NCBI RefSeq assembly: GCF_006345805.1 | Contig: NW_021824632.1 | Coordinates: 1 to 17,659, forward strand | Direction: 5' to 3' | DNA length: 17,659 bases | DNA from: Octopus sinensis | Lineage: Eukaryota | In this document: positions 10,493-17,659 of the stretch, piece after piece | Layout of the letters: the number at the start of each line of letters is the position of its first letter | How positions within the stretch are numbered: position 1 is the first letter of the stretch | Notes under the pieces: model-generated | The model's database searches: none | Seen by the model: the letters and a program-made list of their open reading frames with translations, nothing else | Told to the model about the DNA's origin: nothing | Translations under genes and position numbers: made by a program

Positions 10493-10562
<70 letters not shown>
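10474..10562. repeat. (AAT)n microsatellite, 3' flank of the LINE
   Basis: Read directly. Confidence 0.95.
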
Positions 10563-10563
<1 letters not shown>

Positions 10564-10762
10564 TAATATATGGTGTTTCAAAACGTTGTCATTTATGTTT
10601 CACTGAGAAATATCACATCATAACGTAGAGCAGACCAGACCAAAACAATAATGAATTCAAAAGATACGGTTAGTATTCACTAACAGATAATATACAGAAT
10701 TGATTTTGCTAGCTATCTCTTTTGAAGGCAACAGCACTACTAAAATCACAAAAAATAATGTG

Positions 10763-10797
10763 TATATATATATATAAGTAAACCTATACATATATAT

Positions 10798-10843
<46 letters not shown>

Positions 10844-10853
10844 CTATATATAC

Positions 10854-10896
<43 letters not shown>

Positions 10897-10901
10897 GACA
10901 T

Positions 10902-10936
<35 letters not shown>

Positions 10937-10970
10937 ATATAATATATATTATATTATATATATATATATA
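10763..10970. repeat. Degenerate (TA)n microsatellite
   Basis: Read directly. Confidence 0.95.
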
Positions 10971-11506
10971 TTAATGTGTAAGTAATTAATGTATGTATGT
11001 ATCTAGGCATGTATATGTATGTATATATATGTGGGTATGGTTAAATATTTATTTGAAACTACTGGAAACAATAAAGTCTATATCCATAGATATTAAAATA
11101 ATCTCTATTTTATAGATATTAAAATAATGTACTGTTATTAGAAAAATGAATCCATGCTTATTTTAATAAAGATGTTTTCTCTATTCATCTTTTTATCAAA
11201 CGATATATCTATGTCTAAGTATTTATCTATCCGTCTGTCTGTCTATCTATCTGTCTATCTATTTTCCTATCTATTTATCTATCTATTATTATATCTATGT
11301 GTATGTATGTATGTACATTGGCATTACTATATATTGGCATATACATAAATACAAACATACATGCATTCATGCGTATATATGTGTGTGTGTGTGTGTGTTG
11401 AGTATAATATATATATGAACATATATATATATTTATGCTTGTATGCATGTATATATATATAATATATATAGATTATATATATATAATATATAAGATATAG
11501 ATAGAT

Positions 11507-11542
<36 letters not shown>

Positions 11543-11556
11543 TAGATAGATAGATA

Positions 11557-12029
11557 AGTTTCTTCTTTATTGGCCACACAGGGGGCTGCACACAGATGGG
11601 ACAAGTTACAAGATAGAGCTTTTTCTTTTGGGGGATGAAGAGAACAAAAAAAAAGAAAAAAAGAGGGGCTGGCGTAGGTTTTCGATCAAGAGGGATCGTA
11701 AAATGGAAGGGAAAAAAAGGAAAAGGAAAAGGAACAAAAGGAAAGATAATGAAAAAAGAAGAAAAAAGGGGACAAAAAAGGGGAAGAGGAAAAAAAACGA
11801 TCAATAGGGATCGTGTATCAAGAGTTTATGATATATGGTGTAAAGGGGAAGCAAGTAAGGTTTATCCGTGGGAAGAAAAGCCTACGAAAAAGACCACGGT
11901 AACCTTGGTCAATATTGTTATATGTTACCACATTTGTTTGCAAGTGGGTACCCTCTGTTTTTCAATTTCTGGGTTCATAGGATTATGCTCAAGGTGGCTT
12001 CGTCATTCATACGTGCCATCCTTGCTAAT
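11557..12029 (-). mobile_element. Probable 3' end of a LINE (L1/Tx1-like?) inserted in (GATA)n
   Basis: Flanked by (GATA)n at about 11493-11556 and 12030-12141. On the minus strand, a short frame end LARMARMNDEATLSIIL* (12028-11975) is followed by a T/pyrimidine-rich UTR-like tract and AATAAA about 12 nt from the end. The clade is tentative because no RT motif survives. Confidence 0.6.
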
Positions 12030-12140
<111 letters not shown>

Positions 12141-13088
12141 TAATTCTTTGTCTGTCTCTCTGTTTATCTGTCCGTCTGTTTCCTGTACATTATCAAATGG
12201 CGCGACCAAACTCTAATCAACTTTTACAAGGTAATATGATTGGACCCCGCGAGTGTCAACATGTAATGTCTATTTTCATTTTGGATTGAAACAATATAAC
12301 ACTATCTAAAATAATCTTTCTATAATCAACTACAGTTAAGGACATTTTATACCACCACCAATACGACATCACATTTTGCATGTGTGTGTTTGTGTCCGTG
12401 AGCGTGTTTGTGTTTGCGCGTTCGTTACGCACGTTAGGCCTCAGAGAATTAAGCACACACACACACATACACATCTACACATACATATACATATGTGATG
12501 ACTGACAAGTATATGTGTGTATGTGAGAGTTTATGTGTGTGTGAGTATACAGATATTTTTGTGACGGATGGCACACACACGCATACACACGCACGCACAC
12601 ATCTAAAGAGAGAGACACACACATATGGAGAGAGATAGGCCGTTATACAAAGAGATGCAATTGAAGTGTTAGCTATTCAGAAAGAGAGAGATATGGAGAA
12701 GGAGAGAGAGAAAGAGAGAGAGAGTGATGTTGCACAAAAGTCTAGAATTGGCTCACACACACACCTACACATACATATACATATGTTATAACTGACAAGT
12801 ATATAATGAATATTGTTTACCCTGAGGTGTGCGTGAATGTATATCTGTGTGTGTCTGTCTTAGTATATGTATGTGAGTGTATGCGTGTTTGAGTGTATGT
12901 GCGATTGTCAATTACACTGATGTAAACTGGCTAAGTTAAAGAGATATACTGGCTCCAACTAATGAAACGGTTGATCAATTCAGTCATGAACTTCTTCAAA
13001 AGTTCACAGGTACATCAGAAATTACTTTTCGATCAATTCACACAACAGTCGATCATGGTCAAGCTGTTCAATACACTGTTGAATTACT

Positions 13089-13384
13089 TGTTGCTTCTCG
13101 AGCCATGCCTGGCTCATAAGGGCCGGTTTCCCGGTTTCCTTGGCGTATAGGTTCCCCACCTGGACAGGACACCGGTCCATCGCAGGTGAGCTGCAAGATG
13201 TAAGAGGAAGGAGTGAGAGAAAGTTGTGGCGGAAGAGTCAGCAGAAGTTTCACCATTACCTTCTGCCAGAGCCGCGTGGAGCTTAGGTGTTTCGCTCATA
13301 AACACACATCGTCCGGTCTGAGATTCGAACCCGCGATGCCTCGACCGCGAGTCCGCTGCTCTAACCACTAGGCCATGTGCCTCC
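13089..13384 (-). mobile_element. tRNA-derived SINE, family A, copy 2, with a 14-bp TSD, inside the Helitron helicase
   Basis: Head GGAGGCACATGGCCTAGTGGTTAGAGCAGCGGACTCGCGGTC...GGTTCGAATC. TSD ACTGTTGAATTACT at 13075-13088 and 13385-13398. Ends ...GGCTCGAGAAGCAACAA. Confidence 0.93.
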
Positions 13385-13420
13385 ACTGTTGAATTACTGA
13401 ACACACTTAAACCCACTGGG

Positions 13421-13858
13421 ATGCCACCGCATAACTTGACACTAAAGCTAGATGCTCCTATTATGCTGCTGAGAAACCTAGACCCACCTGGCCTGTGTAA
13501 TGGAACTCGCTTAATTGCTACTTCCATGAAGCTCCATGTCCTAGATGCAAGAATCCCAACAGGTAGTCAGAAAGGAGAAAATGTCTTCATTCCAAAATTT
13601 CCCCTCATACCTACAGATGTTCCATTTCAATTTAAGACGCTTCAGTTTCCAGTCAAACTAAGTGTTGGTATTTCAATTAACAAATCTCACGGTCAACCCC
13701 TCAAGGTAGTTCCATTTCATTTCTCTGCTACTTGCTTCTCCCATGACCAACTCTATGTTGGTTACTCACGAGTTGGAAGCAGCAATAATTTATTCATTTG
13801 GACACCAATAAAAAATTACACAATGAATATTGTATACCCTGAGGTGCTTCAAGATTGA
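13421..13858 (+). pseudogene. Helitron RepHel helicase C-terminal fragment (PIF1 family, SF1B); largest open stretch
   Basis: Motifs MPPH.L.LK, LCNGTRL, QFP.., INKS(H)GQ and QLYV..SRV. Conserved residues are degenerate (KSQGQ to KSHGQ, HGQLYVA to HDQLYVG) and the N-terminal part is missing. Confidence 0.9.
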
Positions 13859-14177
13859 CTGATTTTCTGTTCTAAATTCTATTATCATCACAATTTGGAT
13901 ATTTTTTTTTAAATAAAATATAGATATTTTGAAATAATTATGACAAAAAATATGAATCTTCATATTTACTGTTTACTAACCTGAATAAGAACAGCAGTAA
14001 CTAGGGCAACACCGAGTCATTTAGCTAGTGTAGATTATGCGTGTATACATATATATATATATACACATATTAGAGGGAAACCACTATGTGGACACCCTTA
14101 TTTTATATGCTAGACTACTGGTGTGAAATCGATGTTAATTAAATAATATCTAATTTCTCACCCTCATTTTAAATTTA

Positions 14178-14520
<343 letters not shown>

Positions 14521-15639
14521 ACACACATTTATATATTTATATATGTATGTATGCGCATATGGGCATATGCATACATATACATACATGTATATATATGCGT
14601 GTGTATGTATGTATGCATGAATAAATATTCATATAGTACATTCAAAATGCGTGAAAACGAGGCAGGTATACAGAAAAGAAAACGACAGTAGAATACCAAC
14701 AAAAATGTCCGCGTATACCAACGTAAATGGATACAAGAAAGTGTCTTATTTGAAAGTGTGTGACATATTTCAGATTGTGTTAATCAATATTACGGATTTA
14801 GGTGACAAAACTAATTAGTATGTTTAACACTTTAGTTAAAAGTCGAACTGTTACTTTTATAGCTAACTACATCGACATCAACATCGTGGATGCTTAGCAA
14901 TAAATATTATCGAACATGGAGAAATGTAAGTGATAGATACATGTAGGAAGGATGTTAAGAAAGAGGGGGGGAGATGGAGAGAGAGAGGAGAAATATTTGG
15001 TGGAGCAGGAGGAGGAGGAGGGGGAGGATAATATTAGTGATAAAGATGGCGCGGATTACAATGTTGATGGTAATGATAACGATCGTGTGTGCTTGCGTGC
15101 GCATGTATGTGTTTGAGTTTGTGTGTGTACATGTGAATGTGTGTACGTGTGTGTGTGATTGTGTGTGTGTGTGATTGTGTGTGAGGGTGTGCTTTCATAC
15201 TTATTATTTAGACTAGTATTAATGCACTAATAAATAACATAAGTATATATATTTGTGTACATGTATATATGTATCTCTATGAGTATGTGCGAGTATGTGT
15301 GTATGTATGGCTATATATACATGTATGTATATACACATACGTACATATATAAAACTTACTTGGAAAAGGATGCGTGGCGTTCGATCATATAATAATATAA
15401 ATAATATATAAATATATACATTTATACATACATATATGTACATATCTACACTTATATGCATATATATACATGGATATATGGATACAGGACATCAAAAAAA
15501 CGTTGAACACAATGAAAAACGAAAACATAAGAACAAAAACATGGAAACGAACTTTTTTTATCAAACAACGAAAAAACAGAGTACAAGGCATACACACAAG
15601 GAATATTCCCCTTCTTCAGTTCTCCCTGTTTCGTCTACT

Positions 15640-15677
<38 letters not shown>

Positions 15678-15784
15678 TTGGGTTGTGGGGTATCGCACGA
15701 GTGGGATTATATAAGAAAAAAGGTTTGAAAATGCAATCTTCGTTTAAATTGCATTTTCAAACCTTTTTTCTTATATATATATAT

Positions 15785-16066
15785 CACCGTCACCGACCAG
15801 GCTATCAGATGTAGCTACACATCGCTGATCACAATGCGCTTCAAATGATGCTACCCCAATGGCTAAGCGAGCAGGCCAACAGAAGAAAGAGTGAGAGAAA
15901 GTTGCGGCGAAAGAGTACAGCAGGGATCGCCACCACCCCTGCCGGAACTTCGTGGAGCTTTAGGTGTTTTCGCTCAATAAACACTCACAACGCCCGGTCT
16001 GGGAATCGAAACCGCGATCCCACAACTGCGAGTCAGCTGCCCTAACCACTGGGCCATTGCGCCTCC
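15785..16066 (-). mobile_element. tRNA-derived SINE, family A, copy 3, flanked by (TA)n
   Basis: Head GGAGGCGCAATGGCCCAGTGGTTAGGGCAGC...GGTTTCGATTCCCAGACCGGGCG is nearly identical to copy 1. The body runs to CTTTCTCTCACTCTTTCT, then a distinct tail ends GGTCGGTGACGGTG. Confidence 0.9.
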
Positions 16067-16076
16067 ATATATAATA

Positions 16077-16148
<72 letters not shown>

Positions 16149-16169
16149 ATTAATTAATCAATATTAGCC

Positions 16170-16470
16170 GAGTACCTGTGCTTTTCACTGGAAAATGAGG
16201 CCAGGCGAAACAAGTCGATCGGGAATACAACGGCAAGGACATTTTCTATATCAACTGAGGTCCCTCTGGTCAGACGGTCAACAAAGAGTGCTTTGTGGAG
16301 GTTTGGAGAGAATTCAGGAAGTGTTTTCGTCGCGAAAGCCTTCAGCACCTGCACCAGAACAATTCCGCAATTCCGCAATTCCGCAATTCCACAATTGCGT
16401 CCTTCCAAAACACTTGCATTGTCTCTTGTATAGTCCTCAGGATCCTCACCTTTATTCTTGCAAAGGTTGG
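16170..16470 (+). pseudogene. Mariner transposase catalytic-domain remnant
   Basis: Across frames: ARRNKS; NGKDIFYIN*GPSGQTVNKECFVEVWREFRKCFRR; HLHQNN (compare HQDNA); YSPQD (compare YSPDL). Boundaries approximate. Confidence 0.8.
16360..16399 (+). repeat. 8-bp tandem repeat CAATTCCG, 5 units (last two diverged)
   Basis: caattccg x3, caattcca, caattgcg. Confidence 0.9.
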
Positions 16471-16490
16471 TTGCGTGTGTCGCTGCTGCA

Positions 16491-16597
16491 CCTACTACTA
16501 CTACTACTACTACTACTACTGCTACTGCTGCTGCTGCTGCTGCTGCTGTTGCTACTACTGCTGCTTCAGCTACTGCTTTTACCACTACTACTACCAT

Positions 16598-16633
<36 letters not shown>

Positions 16634-16898
16634 ACCTACTTCTAAGATGCCAACACCACCAACACCACTACCACCACCGCCATTATTACTACCACCACCA
16701 TCGTAACTACTGCTACCAATCTCAACACCGCTCACCATCGCCACCATCAGCACCAGCACTACCACACCACTACAGCACCACGTCCACCACAACCAGTACT
16801 ATTACTACTACCACCACCAAGAAGAGCAACAAATATTGATGCTGCTGCTGTTGTTGTTGTTGTTGCTGTTGTTGTTGTTGTTGTTGTTGTTGTTGTAG

Positions 16899-16940
<42 letters not shown>
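16491..16940. repeat. Compound trinucleotide array (CTA/CTG/CCA)n followed by (GTT)n
   Basis: Read directly. Confidence 0.95.
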
Positions 16941-16941
<1 letters not shown>

Positions 16942-17102
16942 ACTTATTTGTTCCCTATTTTGACATCGCGGCTTTCCGATTCTGGCCTGCATTGTCCGAA
17001 TGAGCGAAGGGGAAAGGAAGCAACTTCTGTACATTGTTAACACATTAGGACGGGACTTTGGCATGGGGAATAGCTGTGGAAGAACGTGCCAAGTTCACCT
17101 TG

Positions 17103-17169
17103 GAGAGAGAGAGAGAGAGAGAAAGAGAGAAAGAGAGAGAGACAGAGGGAGAGGGAGAGGGAGAGAAAC

Positions 17170-17215
<46 letters not shown>

Positions 17216-17254
17216 AGCGAGAGAGAGAGTGATAGATAGAGCGAAAGAGAGAGC

Positions 17255-17343
<89 letters not shown>

Positions 17344-17415
17344 AGCGGGAGGGAGAGAAATAAACAAATAGATAAAGAGATAGATGACTTGAGAGAGAGA
17401 GAGAGAGAGAGATAA
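17103..17415. repeat. (GA)n/(GATA)n compound microsatellite
   Basis: Read directly. Confidence 0.95.
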
Positions 17416-17623
17416 ATATAGGTAGGGGAGAAAGAGAGAAGAGGAGGAGTGAAGACCATTCTGAAAATATTGATAAAGTCAAGCTAGATAAGAAAACACA
17501 GATAATGAAATTAGATCAAGCGCAGAATTAGAAATCTATAGGAATCGATTAGTTGTGAGTTAACACACACACACACACACCACACACACACACACACACG
17601 GGCGCACAAGTATGTGTGTATAT

Positions 17624-17659
<36 letters not shown>

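Larger units (their letters stand above)
12901..14028 (+). mobile_element. Helitron 3' portion: decayed PIF1-like helicase C-terminus, subterminal hairpin and CTAG end
   Basis: With the SINE and one TSD removed, one frame reads NWLS*RDILAPTNETVDQ...[25 protein letters not shown]...[18 protein letters not shown]...[19 protein letters not shown]...[14 protein letters not shown]...NIVYPEVL. The 3' end has ACTAGG-GCAACA-CCGAGT (hairpin with 1 mismatch, 14000-14017), then CTAG (14025-14028) followed by T. Confidence 0.92.

Noticed and set aside
15596-15645. Hammerhead ribozyme-like words on the minus strand (GAAAC, CTGAAGA, GGAATATTCC palindrome)
   Set aside because: No GAAA follows the hairpin and no stem III with an NUH cleavage site can be built. 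An Infernal search with Rfam hammerhead models would settle it.
16941-17115. Possible minus-strand exon after (CT)n-AAG
   Set aside because: The pyrimidine tract is a microsatellite, all three frames from that acceptor hit stops within about 65 nt, and there is no recognisable protein similarity.

Overview
Eukaryotic, AT-rich, microsatellite-saturated DNA with no recognisable host gene. The SINE families and repeat landscape look like an octopus (coleoid cephalopod) genome; this is pattern recognition, not a database result. The window is mostly nested, decayed mobile elements: (i) three tRNA-derived SINE families (8 copies); (ii) a Gypsy/Ty3 pol remnant interrupted by a SINE and by a 442-bp TIR element with an 8-bp TSD that carries TTAGGG repeats; (iii) two mariner transposase remnants; (iv) a 5'-truncated R4/Dong-like LINE (RT, CCHC, RLE) inside (TAA)n; (v) a probable LINE 3' end inside (GATA)n; (vi) a Helitron 3' end (PIF1-like helicase, hairpin, CTAG) split by a SINE with a 14-bp TSD; (vii) a cryptic trinucleotide array with higher-order structure. 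Most ORFs in the supplied track are microsatellite artefacts. I see no new protein-coding system. The best leads are the telomere-repeat-bearing MITE, a SINE family with three swapped 3' tails in different target contexts, and the microsatellite-targeted retroelements.
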